A stretch of 64,000 nucleotides of DNA from an uncultured Planctomycetota bacterium (GCA_963845755.1 CAWJTV010000012.1:32001-96000); one strand, 5' to 3'. Numbered from the stretch's first letter, positions 11,887 through 21,757 are shown. Made by a program: numbers and translations. The notes: a model not told the origin generated them from the letters alone.

Positions 11887-14064
11887 CGACTCGCGCGGCC
11901 TCTCTCCTCGTGGTGGACGACGAAGAGCTCAACCGGGACATGCTCTCTCAGCGTCTGGAGTTGAATGGGTATACGGTGACGGCCGTCGAAAGCGGACGGC
12001 AAGCACTCGCGTTCCTCAATCGACATTCCTTCGATGTCGTCCTTCTGGACGTGATGATGCCCGAGATGAATGGCCTGGACGTCCTGCGGATGGTCCGCCG
12101 AACTCAATCCGCCGCGGAGCTGCCGATCATCATGGTGACGGCCCGTGACCAGAGCGAGGATGTCGTCGAGGCATTCGAGCTGGGGGCCAACGACTATGTG
12201 ACCAAGCCGATCGACCTTCCCGTCGTGCTGGCCCGGATCGCCACTCAGGTCTCCCACAAGCGGGCGCATGCAGCACTGCGCGAGAGCGAGGCACGGTACG
12301 CCCTGGCCGCCCGCGGTACGAACAATGGCCTGTGGGACTGGGACCTCCGAACCGATGAGGTCTTTTTCTCGCCGCGCTGGAAGGCGATGCTCGGGTACGA
12401 GGAAGATGAGCTCGGCACCAGTCCGGACGAGTGGATCCGGCGAATCCATCCGGTAGATACTCCTCGGGTCCGTGCCGCTCTCGACGCCCACCGACAGGGA
12501 TGCACACCTCACTTCGAGAGCGAACACCGGTTGCTGCACAAGGATCAGACCTATCGTTGGATGCTTGCACGCGGGTTGGCGGTCCGGGATTGCGACGGCT
12601 GTGGGCAACGCATGGCCGGCTCGCTGACCGACATCACGGAGGGCAAGGTGGTCGATGCGCTCACGGGCCTACCGAATCGGATCCTTCTCATGGATCGCCT
12701 CGAACGCGCGCTGCGAGCGCTCCTGGCGGAACCCGGACTATCAGTTCGCCGTCCTGTTTCTGGACCTCGATCGATTCAAATTGGTCAACGACAGCCTCGG
12801 CCACCTCATCGGAGACCAACTCCTGACCGCGTTCGCGCGGCGCCTCCAGGGAACTCTCCACGCCCTCAACTCTTCCATCGGATGGTCGGTCGAGCCAACC
12901 ATCGCGCGCCTCGGGGGGGATGAATTCACGATCCTGCTGGAAGACATCAAGGACCCGGCCAACGCGATCCGCGTGGGAGAACGGATCCAGAACGACCTCG
13001 CAACCCCCTTCAACTTGAGCGGACATCAAGTGTTCACCACCGCCAGCGTCGGTATCACCCTGAGTGGTCCCGAGTACGAACGGCCGGAAGATCTGCTGCG
13101 CGACGCGGACACGGCGATGTACGGCGCCAAGGCGACAGGCAAGGCCCGCCATGAGGTGTTCGACGCGAAGATGCGTGCCCGGGCGATGGCTCGGCTGGAG
13201 TTGGAGACCGAGTTGCGCTGGGCCCTCGAGCGCCGCGAGTTCCGGCTTTACTACCAACCGATCGTGACACTGGAGTCCGAGCAACTGATCGGGTTCGAAG
13301 CCCTCGTGCGCTGGCAGCACCCCCGGCGGGGCCTCCTGCTCCCGGAAGAATTCATCCCGGCCGCAGAGGAAAACGGGCTGATTCTATCGATCGGCTGGTG
13401 GGTACTCGACGAAGCCTGCTTCCAACTCTCCCATTGGAAGCACCGCTACTCCAACGAACAGCCCTTGATAATATGCATCAATCTCTCGGGCAAACAGTTT
13501 TCCCAGCCCAACCTCGTCGAACAGATCGAGAGCCGGCTGAATGCGAACGGCGTCGACGCGCGGGCCCTCAAGGTGGAGATCACCGAAAGCGCGATCATGA
13601 GCGATCCGGAATCGGCGGCAGAGATCCTCTCTCGACTCCGCGGCATGGGCGTGCAGATCGGGATCGATGACTTCGGCACCGGCTACTCGTCCTTGAGCTA
13701 TCTACGTCACTTCCCCATCGACACCCTCAAGATCGACCGAGCCTTCATCCAGCGGATGCATGCCGACACCAAGGACTGGGAGATCATCCAGACGATCGTC
13801 CGGCTGGCTCACAATCTGGCCATGGACGTGGTCGCCGAGGGTGTCGAAACGCACGATCAGCGACACCAACTCCAGTCTCTCGGCTGCGAGCATGGCCAGG
13901 GCTTTTATTTCTCACAGGCTGTGGCCGGATCAGACGCCGAGGAACTGCTTTCTCGATACTGGCAAAGGCCCGAAACGGGAAGGGAACCGCGGGCCGACGA
14001 TGCGACCTCGCCCAGCCTGCCCGTCGCCTCGGCGGTCAACGCGGCCTGTTCGATCGGGCAGTAA
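11883..14064 (+). CDS. REC-PAS-GGDEF-EAL diguanylate cyclase/phosphodiesterase, apparent frameshift near 12715
   Basis: ATGA overlap with upstream regulator. REC (LLVVDDE, LLDVMMPEMNG), PAS (GLWDWD...IHP), DLDRFKLVNDSLGH, RLGGDEF, GFEALVRW, DDFGTGYSSL. Confidence 0.92.
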
Positions 14065-14146
14065 CACCTCTCGCCTTAGAGAGCCTTGACTCGACCGCTC
14101 CTCGCCCGTTCGCGAGAAAGAAAGCGGCATTTCCCCTGCCAGTCAC

Positions 14147-14177
14147 TTTACTCCCCAGGCCCCATGTTTTATATAAC
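14147..14177 (+). promoter_or_regulatory. Putative sigma70-type promoter of hhySL
   Basis: TTTACT (14147-14152), 17 bp spacer, then TATATAAC in an AT-rich patch about 110 bp before hhyS. Confidence 0.45.
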
Positions 14178-14288
14178 TAGCTAGGTCAGTCAACTCGAGG
14201 CTGTTGTCGGTGGGCATTCGGAGCAATCGGGTCGGCTGGGCTCCGGACTCACTCCATCCCCTGGCTCCCATTGCAGAAAGGAACCGCC

Positions 14289-15323
14289 ATGGTCGAGCCG
14301 GCGATTCCGTATGGGCGGAGGACCCAGCCGTCTCCAGCCATCGCCGAGATGCACATCCTGTGGATCACCGCCGGACTTGGCTGTGATGGGGATTCGATCG
14401 CGATCACGGCCGCCACGCAACCCAGCCTTGAAGACCTGGTACTGGGTGCGATTCCGGGCCTCCCTACGATCCATTTACACCACCCGGTCCTGGCGTACGA
14501 GAACGGGGACGCGTTCCTGGAGTCGTGGTTCCGCGCAGCGGATGGCCGGCTCGACCCATTCCTGTTGATCCTGGAAGGTTCGATCCCCAACGAGCGGGAT
14601 CAGGAGGAGGGATACTGGGCCGCCGTCGGCGTGGACCGGGCCACCGGCCAACCGATCACCACTTGCGAATGGATCGACCGGCTCGCCCCGAAGGCGTGGG
14701 GCGTGGTCGCGGCCGGGACATGCGCGGCCTATGGCGGCATCCACGCTATCGAAGGGAATCCGACCGGCTGCATGGGCCTGCCGGACTACCTGGGTTGGAA
14801 CTGGCGCTCCACGGCGGGACTGCCGATTGTCTGCGTGCCGGGCTGCCCGGTCCAACCCGACAACTTCATGGAGGTGCTGCTGTATCTTCTCAATCATGCG
14901 GCGGGTCGGGCGCCAGCGATACCCCTTGACGAGGCATTACGGCCCGCCTGGTTGTTCGGGCAAACCCTCCACGAGGGTTGCGATCGAGCCGGGTATTACG
15001 AGCAGGGCGACTTCGCCAAGGATTATGGGACGCGGGAGTGCATTGTGAAGCTGGGATGCTGGGGACCCGTGGTCCAATGCAACGTCGGAAAGCGAGGCTG
15101 GATGGCCGGCATTGGCGGCTGTCCCAATGTCGGTGGCATCTGCGTCGGTTGCACCATGCCCGGTTTCCCCGACAAGTTCATGCCGTTCCTGGATATGCCG
15201 CCGGGTGCCCAGTTGTCCACGACGGCGGTCGCCATGTATGGAAAAGCCATCCGCGCCCTGCGGCAGTTCACCCGCGCGTCGATGAATCGGGAGCCCGAAT
15301 GGCGTGCGCGGGCCGCGAATTGA
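14289..15323 (+). CDS. hhyS: Group 1h-type [NiFe]-hydrogenase small subunit
   Basis: ILWITAGLGCDGDSIAITAATQPS (CxxD proximal cluster typical of group 1h), GTCAAYGGIH, PGCPVQPDN, HEGCDRAGYYEQG, KLGCWGP, GGCPNVGGICVGCTMPGFPDKF. No Tat signal. C-terminus possibly shortened by indels. Confidence 0.93.
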   Translation: MVEPAIPYGRRTQPSPAIAEMHILWITAGLGCDGDSIAITAATQPSLEDLVLGAIPGLPTIHLHHPVLAYENGDAFLESWFRAADGRLDPFLLILEGSIPNERDQEEGYWAAVGVDRATGQPITTCEWIDRLAPKAWGVVAAGTCAAYGGIHAIEGNPTGCMGLPDYLGWNWRSTAGLPIVCVPGCPVQPDNFMEVLLYLLNHAAGRAPAIPLDEALRPAWLFGQTLHEGCDRAGYYEQGDFAKDYGTRECIVKLGCWGPVVQCNVGKRGWMAGIGGCPNVGGICVGCTMPGFPDKFMPFLDMPPGAQLSTTAVAMYGKAIRALRQFTRASMNREPEWRARAAN

Positions 15324-15495
15324 CGAGGTTATCGAAGTCCTTTCCACGAATCACCGGGGAGGACCGTCGGACCGGAGCGACCAGGAAGGAATCAATTTGA
15401 AGATTCCAAATTCAATAATGAACATTTTCTTTAATATTTGAATTTTTGACCTTGTTTATGGATGGACTACTCTGATCCGCCGAGGGGCCCGCGAC

Positions 15496-17295
15496 ATGAC
15501 AGCAGGGGCAAATAATCCATCGTCCGGGCAGTCCGAACCACCTCATCTGGTCGAGATGTCGTGGGACCCGATCACCCGGATCGTCGGCAGCCTCGGCATC
15601 CACACCAAGATCGACTTTGCCAACCGGCGCGTGGCGGAGTGCTTCAGCACCTCGTCGATCTTCCGGGGTTACAGCGTCTTCATGAAGGGGAAGGACCCGC
15701 GCGACGCTCACTTCATCACCAGCCGGATCTGCGGCATCTGCGGCGACAACCACGCCACCTGCGCCTGCTACGCGCAGAACATGGCCTTCGGGATCAGGCC
15801 GCCGGCGCTGGCCGAGTGGATCATCAACCTCGGCGAAGCTGCCGAGTATATGTTCGACCACAACCTCTTCCAGGATAACCTGGTGGGCGTCGATTTCTGC
15901 GAGCAGATGGTCAAGGAGACGAATCCCGGCGTCCTGGAACGCGCCGAGCGGACCGAGTCACCCCACGCCGCCTTGCACGGCTACCGCACGATCGCCGACA
16001 TCATGCGGTCGCTCAACCCTTTCCGCGGTGACTTCTACATCGAGGCGCTCCAGATGAGCCGCCTGACCCGGGAGATGTTCTGCCTGATGGAGGGCCGGCA
16101 TGTCCACCCGTCAACCCTCTATCCGGGCGGCGTCGGGACGGTAGCCAGCGTGCAGCTCTTCAGCGATTATCAGGTGCGATTGTTAAAGTATGTGGAGTTC
16201 ATGAAAAAGGTCGTCCCGCTGCACGATGACCTGTTCGACTTCTTCTACGACGCACTGCCCGGTTATGAGGAGGTCGGGCGGCGCCGGGTGCTCCTGGGTT
16301 GTTTCGGGTCCTTCAACGATCCGGAGTCATGCGACTACTCCTACCAGCGGATGACTCAGTGGGGCCGGGCCATGACGGTCACGCCTGGGATCGTTATTGA
16401 CGGCGAATTGATCAGCACGGACCTGGTCGAGATGAACCTGGGTCTTCGAGTCTTGCTCGGAAGTTCTTATTACGACGACTGGCAGGATGCGGAGAGATTC
16501 GTAAAGGAGGACCCGCTGGGCCATCCGATCGATCAGAGGCACCCCTGGAATCAGACCACGATCGCGAAACGGCAGAAGCGCGACTTTCAGGGGAAGTACA
16601 CGTGGGTCATGTCGCCCCGATGGTATGACCCGCGTACCCAGGAGTATCGGGCGCTGGACACCGGCGGGGGCCCGCTGGCGCGCCTCTGGGTCACGGCCCT
16701 GGCCGGCCTCGTGGACATCGGTTACATCAAGGCCACCGGTCGGAGCGTCAAGATCTACCTTCCCAGGACTGCCTCGTTGCCGGAGGTCGAGTTCGAGTGG
16801 GCGATCCCGCGATGGAGTAACACACTGGAGCGCGACCGGGCGCGGACCTACTTCCAGGCGTATGCCGCCGCGGCGGCCCTGTACTTCGTCGAGCGAGCGC
16901 TCGAGGAGGTGTATGCCGGACGGACACGGACCTGGACCGAATTCAAGGTGCCCTTGGAGGCAATCGGTTGCGGCTTCCATGAGGCCGTGCGCGGTATGCT
17001 CTCGCACCACGTGGTGATTCGCGACGGGAAGATCGGCAATTACCATCCCTATCCGCCCACCTGCTGGAACGCCAGCCCGCGCGACATCTACGGCACGCCG
17101 GGGCCCTACGAGGACGCCGTGCAGAATACTCCGATTTTCGAAGAGAACGGCCCCGACCGCTTCAAAGGAATCGACATCATGCGCACGGTCCGGAGCTTTG
17201 ATCCCTGTCTGCCCTGCGGGGTCCACATGTACCTGGGAGATGGCCGGACGGTCCAGGTGCGCCACGCGCCGATGTTCGGCGTCGCAGAGGGGTGA
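15496..17295 (+). CDS. hhyL: Group 1h-type [NiFe]-hydrogenase large subunit
   Basis: WDPITRIVGSLG; L1 motif TSRICGICGDNH; L2 motif SFDPCLPCGVH followed by a C-terminal extension; 599 aa, intact. Confidence 0.95.
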   Translation: MTAGANNPSSGQSEPPHLVEMSWDPITRIVGSLGIHTKIDFANRRVAECFSTSSIFRGYSVFMKGKDPRDAHFITSRICGICGDNHATCACYAQNMAFGIRPPALAEWIINLGEAAEYMFDHNLFQDNLVGVDFCEQMVKETNPGVLERAERTESPHAALHGYRTIADIMRSLNPFRGDFYIEALQMSRLTREMFCLMEGRHVHPSTLYPGGVGTVASVQLFSDYQVRLLKYVEFMKKVVPLHDDLFDFFYDALPGYEEVGRRRVLLGCFGSFNDPESCDYSYQRMTQWGRAMTVTPGIVIDGELISTDLVEMNLGLRVLLGSSYYDDWQDAERFVKEDPLGHPIDQRHPWNQTTIAKRQKRDFQGKYTWVMSPRWYDPRTQEYRALDTGGGPLARLWVTALAGLVDIGYIKATGRSVKIYLPRTASLPEVEFEWAIPRWSNTLERDRARTYFQAYAAAAALYFVERALEEVYAGRTRTWTEFKVPLEAIGCGFHEAVRGMLSHHVVIRDGKIGNYHPYPPTCWNASPRDIYGTPGPYEDAVQNTPIFEENGPDRFKGIDIMRTVRSFDPCLPCGVHMYLGDGRTVQVRHAPMFGVAEG

Positions 17296-17301
17296 GCGGC
17301 C

Positions 17302-18901
17302 ATGTCGGGAGCTCCGGCCGCCAACGATGAAGAGCTCGAGAACCCGGATTTACGATTACGGACGTTTCGACGCGTGGGCCTGCCCATGATCGCCAATCCA
17401 GAACCTGCTCAACTCGCAACGGCCCCCGAGAGAGGGCTTAGCGATCACTCTGCGGAGGGTGGCCTGACGCTCGAGGAGGCCGAGGAGATCCTCCGGAACC
17501 TGGCTGACTCGGAATCCCGGCCTGAGGCGGCGCAGCTTCGACGGCCCGTTCCGATCGTCCCGAAAGAGGTCGGGAACGCAGTCGGTCCCGAGCCGTTTCA
17601 GCGGGCGGAAGCCCGGTATCGCACTCTGGTCGAGCAGCTTCCGGCAGTCACATTCATGGCGGCCCTCGAAGGGGGAGAAAACGAACTTTACGTCAGCCCT
17701 CAGATCGAGTCGCTTCTGGGCTTCTCCCAGAAGGAATGGCTGGAGGACCCGATCCTCTGGTACCGACAGCTCCACCCGGACGACCGGGTCCGCTGGCACA
17801 ACGAATTCGCGCAGACGTGCGCGATGGGAAAGCATTTTCGCTCAGAGTACCGGTTCCGGGCCCGCAACGGTCGTGTCGTCTGGGTTCACGGCGAGGCAAC
17901 GGTGGTTCGCGATGAGCATGGCAATCCTCTCTTCCTCCAGGGCATCGCTTTCGATATCACGGCACGCAAGCAAGCAGAAGCGACGCTCCGCAGGAACCAC
18001 GAGGAGCTGGAGCGTCGCGTGAGCCAGCGAACGGCCGAGCTCGCCACGGCCAACGACGTCTTGCAAGGGGAGGTCTGCGAGCGGCAGCGAGTCGAGGGAG
18101 AGCTGCGCCGGGTCAATGCCGATCTCGTCGTGGCCCACGAGCGGGCGCTGGAGGCCAGCCAGGTGAAGAGTACGTTCCTGGCCAACATGAGTCACGAGTT
18201 ACGAACACCCCTGAACGCCATCATCGGCTACAGCGAGCTCCTCCAGGAGCTGGCCGCCAAGAACGTCCCGAAGGACCCGACGCCCGGCCTGGAGAAGATC
18301 AACCGAGCCGGCAAGCATCTGCTCACGATTATCAACGATATCCTCGACCTCTCCAAGATCGAGGCAGGCAAGATGCAGCTCTTGCCGGAATGCTTCCTCG
18401 TTTCCGACCTGGTCCGAGAGATGGAGACGACCGTCCAACCGCTCCTGGCCAAGAACGAAAATGCACTGGAAATCCGGTACGATGAGCACCTCGGTACGAT
18501 GTTCACCGACGTGACCCGCGTCCGACAATGCCTCCTCAACCTCCTATCAAACGCGTGCAAGTTCACCCAGAGAGGAACCATCCGCATGGACGTAGCGCGC
18601 GAGACCGAGTCGGATGGCGACTGGGTGCGCTTCCGGATCCAGGACAGTGGCATAGGCATGTCACCCGACCAGGTCGGCCGGCTGTTCGATGCCTTCACCC
18701 AGGCCGATGCCTCGACGACGCGCAAATATGGCGGGACCGGACTGGGTCTGGCGATCACCCGGAAACTCTGCCGAATGTTGGGTGGCGACGTCTCCGTCGA
18801 GAGTGAGCTGGAATCGGGGCTCGGCATTCTTGATCCGGATCCCCGCATCCATCGAGGTAGGTCGGGTCGAGCCTGCCAGTCTGGCGGCGAGAGGCGATTG
18901 A
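17302..18901 (+). CDS. Cytoplasmic PAS-domain sensor histidine kinase, apparent frameshift near 18815
   Basis: PAS/PAC (YVSPQIESLLGFS...LHPDD...GIAFDITARK), coiled coil, H-box FLANMSHELRTPLNAIIG, N-box NLLSNACKFT, DSGIGM, GGTGLGL. Shifted frame ends SAFLIRIPA...GD* at 18901. No TM segment. Alternative start 17386. Confidence 0.92.
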
Positions 18902-19077
18902 CAGGCTCTCACCAAACGGGCGTCGTCGATTCCGGATCCGGATCGTCTCATCCTCCGGAGAGCGGCCGGATTCGGCTTCGATGGTCTCGGCTCCAACCAC
19001 CTCGACCCAGACGGGCTGATGCGATACACTCATCTCTATCACCGAGAGTCCGACCACCGTGACATGGCATCGGAATA

Positions 19078-19240
19078 CCTAACCCGGCCTTCGGCCGCAA
19101 CCCCATCGGGATTCCCGATTCGAGATTCCGGATTCCCGAAGGGGAATGATCCGGGAATCCGGAATCGCGAATCCGGAATCGCGAATTCGGAATCCCCAGA
19201 GGCGCGCACGGCGCAGGGATCGTACCGAGGAAGACTCTAA
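19078..19240. repeat. ~160-bp intergenic palindromic heptamer-repeat element, copy 1
   Basis: Closely matches 57231..57385; GATTCCC/GATTCGA/GATTCCG units followed by inverted GAATCCG/GAATCGC units. Confidence 0.9.
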
Positions 19241-19243
19241 CGT

Positions 19244-20368
19244 ATGCGCGACGTCGTGCGACAAGTCGTCCGGGTGCTGGAAATGGATCGCGAATTGATC
19301 CTCTGCCAGGTCGTGGAGACCCGAGGATCCACGCCTCAGAAGGGGGGCGCGGTGATGGTCGTCGATCCGACCGGCGGGCAGATCGGAACCCTCGGCGGCG
19401 GCTGCGTCGAGAACGAGGTGAAACAGAAGGCGATGCGGCAACTCGGCGGCACCGGCGCGGCCTTGCATTCGTTCCTCCTCGACCATGACTACGGCTGGGC
19501 GGATGGGCTGATCTGCGGTGGCAAAATGGTGATCGTCAGCCAGCCGTTGCGCGGTGCGGAACCGCTGGCCTACTTCCTAGCACTCGAGCGCGTCCTGGAA
19601 GCCGGTGAGGGCTTCACGGAAGCCGTGGTCATCCATCCCGAATCGGACGCCAGTCCGGCCATGGGGAGCCGATTTCTGTTCGATGGAGCGGGACGATTAC
19701 GGGCGAGTTGTCCGTCGCTCTCGGTACCCGAGCGGCTGGCATCGCGGGTCTCGCCAGTCGTTGAGCGGCTAAAACCCCGCGTCGAAGGGGGAGTGGCCTA
19801 CCTTCCGAGCTGGCCGCGGATCCGGCTGGTGATCGTCGGTGCGGGACACGTGGGCCAGGCCGTTGCCGGTCTGGCGGCCCAGGCGGATTTCGACGTCTGG
19901 GTCGTCAACGATCGCCGACAGTACGCCAATGCCGAGAGGTTTCCGTCGGCCCAGCGGATTCTCGTGGGACCGATCGAGGAGGTCCTCGGTTCGTTAGAGG
20001 CGACTCCCCACACATATGCCCTCATCGTCACCCGGGGACATGGACACGACCAGGAGGCGCTCTATCACCTGGCTCCAACGTCTGCATCGTACGTGGGGCT
20101 GATTGGCAGCCGTCGGAAAATCCGCCTGATCTTCGAGGGTCTTCGAGACCAGGGGATTAGTGAGTTGACCCTGAGGCGAGTCGCGGCCCCAGTCGGCCTG
20201 GATATCGGCTCCCAGTCGGTCATGGAGATCGCCATCAGCATCGTGGCTGAGCTGATCGCACGACGCAACCTGGGTCCGAAAGGGCTGTCCTCGCGTCCTC
20301 ACGGCGAGCCTCTCGGGGGCGCGACCGAAGGCGCACATTCGTGTGCCGGCGTCGCGCAGGCATCATGA
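19244..20368 (+). CDS. xdhC: XdhC/CoxI family molybdenum-cofactor insertion chaperone
   Basis: TRGSTPQKGGAVM, GTLGGGCVE, GLICGG, IVGAGHVG, YVGLIGSRRK, APVGLDIGS..EIAISIVAEL. Confidence 0.9.
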   Translation: MRDVVRQVVRVLEMDRELILCQVVETRGSTPQKGGAVMVVDPTGGQIGTLGGGCVENEVKQKAMRQLGGTGAALHSFLLDHDYGWADGLICGGKMVIVSQPLRGAEPLAYFLALERVLEAGEGFTEAVVIHPESDASPAMGSRFLFDGAGRLRASCPSLSVPERLASRVSPVVERLKPRVEGGVAYLPSWPRIRLVIVGAGHVGQAVAGLAAQADFDVWVVNDRRQYANAERFPSAQRILVGPIEEVLGSLEATPHTYALIVTRGHGHDQEALYHLAPTSASYVGLIGSRRKIRLIFEGLRDQGISELTLRRVAAPVGLDIGSQSVMEIAISIVAELIARRNLGPKGLSSRPHGEPLGGATEGAHSCAGVAQAS

Positions 20369-21342
20369 TCGCCGCGATCGTTCCCGCCGCTGGCAAGAGC
20401 ACCCGGATGGGGCGGCCGAAACTGCTGATGTCGCTTGACGGGGCGACGCTGCTCCATCGCGTGGTGACCGCGCTGCGCCAAGGGGGGGTGGAGCGCGTGG
20501 TCGTGGTGGTTCCTCCAGCCGATTCGCCCGAGGGCCCCCTGATCGCCGATGAGGCCCGGCACGCGGGTGCCGATGTCGTGAACCCCGTCACCCGACCCGC
20601 GGACATGCGGATGTCTGTCGAACTGGGACTGGCGCGGCTCAGGTCCGATGTGACCCCAAAGGTCGTGCTGCTGGCGCCCGCCGATGCACCGGGCATCTCG
20701 GCCGATCTCGTCGCTCGCCTGGTCGAGACCGCGCTGGGACGGCCCGGCTCGATCGTCGTCCCTTTCCACGAAGGCCGACGCGGTCATCCACTGGTACTAC
20801 CCTGGAACCTTGCTGAGCAGATCCCGGCTTTACCGGCAGGCGCGGGCGTGAATGCGCTCGTCGCTCGCAGCGCGAACTCGATTGTCGCGTTGAACTCGGC
20901 CAATCCCGACGTCCTCGTGGATCTCGACACACCCGAGGACTGGGATAAATGGAGGTGCCGTTCACTCGATAACGATCCCATGAACCAGGATGCGGGCTCG
21001 AATTCCTTTGACCGGTCTCCACTCCCGACTACCAAGATGCAGGTAAGAGTTCGTCTGTTCGCGATCGCGAAGGAGCGCGCCGGTCGCGCTGAGATCCTGA
21101 TTGAACTGCTCGCTCCGGCAACGATCGCGGACCTTCGAACCGCGCTCTGCGCTCATTTCATCGAGCTCGCCCCGTTGTGGTCGAGCGCGCTCATCGCGAT
21201 TGACGAGGAGTATGCCGACGATGAAGCAACCATCTCACCGGATTCTCAGATCGCCGTGATTCCCCCGGTGAGCGGCGGCGCCAGGACGATCTCGACCGCC
21301 CGCCACGATCACTCGAATGAGAGTTTCACCATCGATGATTGA
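20365..21342 (+). CDS. MocA-like molybdenum cofactor nucleotidyltransferase fused to MoaD/ThiS sulfur carrier
   Basis: IAAIVPAAGKSTRMGRPKLL...GRRGHP...DLDTPED, then VRVRLFAIAKE...IAVIPPVSGG plus a 20-aa tail. Confidence 0.85.
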   Translation: MIAAIVPAAGKSTRMGRPKLLMSLDGATLLHRVVTALRQGGVERVVVVVPPADSPEGPLIADEARHAGADVVNPVTRPADMRMSVELGLARLRSDVTPKVVLLAPADAPGISADLVARLVETALGRPGSIVVPFHEGRRGHPLVLPWNLAEQIPALPAGAGVNALVARSANSIVALNSANPDVLVDLDTPEDWDKWRCRSLDNDPMNQDAGSNSFDRSPLPTTKMQVRVRLFAIAKERAGRAEILIELLAPATIADLRTALCAHFIELAPLWSSALIAIDEEYADDEATISPDSQIAVIPPVSGGARTISTARHDHSNESFTIDD

Positions 21343-21757
21343 GATCACGAAAACGACAATCGACCATGCGGCCGTCACGGAGCAAGTCCGATCGAACCGC
21401 GCCGGCGCGGTCTGCACGTTCCTGGGGACCGTCCGCGAGTTGACGGGTGATCGTCTCACAGTCTCGCTATCCTATGAAGCCTACCCCGAGATGGCCCTGA
21501 AGAAGTTGGCGGAGCTGGAAGCGGAAGCGCGCCGGCGCTGGCCGATCATCGAGGTGGCGATGGTCCACCGGGTCGGACACCTGGACCTGGGCGACGTCAG
21601 CGTGGTCGTTGCGGTGAGCTGTCCGCACCGGCAGGATGCATTCGAGGCGTGTCGATGGCTGATCGATACCCTGAAAGAGGTCGTACCGATCTGGAAAAAA
21701 GAGAACTGGGCCGACGGGACCGAGGAATGGGTCCACCCCGGGTTGGGGACGAGTTGA
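21335..21757 (+). CDS. moaE: Molybdopterin synthase catalytic subunit
   Basis: GAVCTFLGTVRE, YEAYPEMA, HRVGHL, SCPHRQDAF, LKEVVPIWKKE. Confidence 0.93.
   Translation: MIEITKTTIDHAAVTEQVRSNRAGAVCTFLGTVRELTGDRLTVSLSYEAYPEMALKKLAELEAEARRRWPIIEVAMVHRVGHLDLGDVSVVVAVSCPHRQDAFEACRWLIDTLKEVVPIWKKENWADGTEEWVHPGLGTS

Noticed and set aside
15290..15400. Apparently shortened HhyS C-terminus as a sensory adaptation
   Set aside because: Adding two single bases restores WRARGRELTSGY, close to the usual group 1h tail as I recall it, so indel error is more likely.
18815..19062. Long Arg/Ser-rich kinase tail in ORF 17302..19062
   Set aside because: Frameshift artefact; the normal HATPase end (SAFLIRIP) is in the frame stopping at 18901.
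19078..19240. CRISPR array
   Set aside because: Short heptamers with no unique spacers, and no cas genes in the window.
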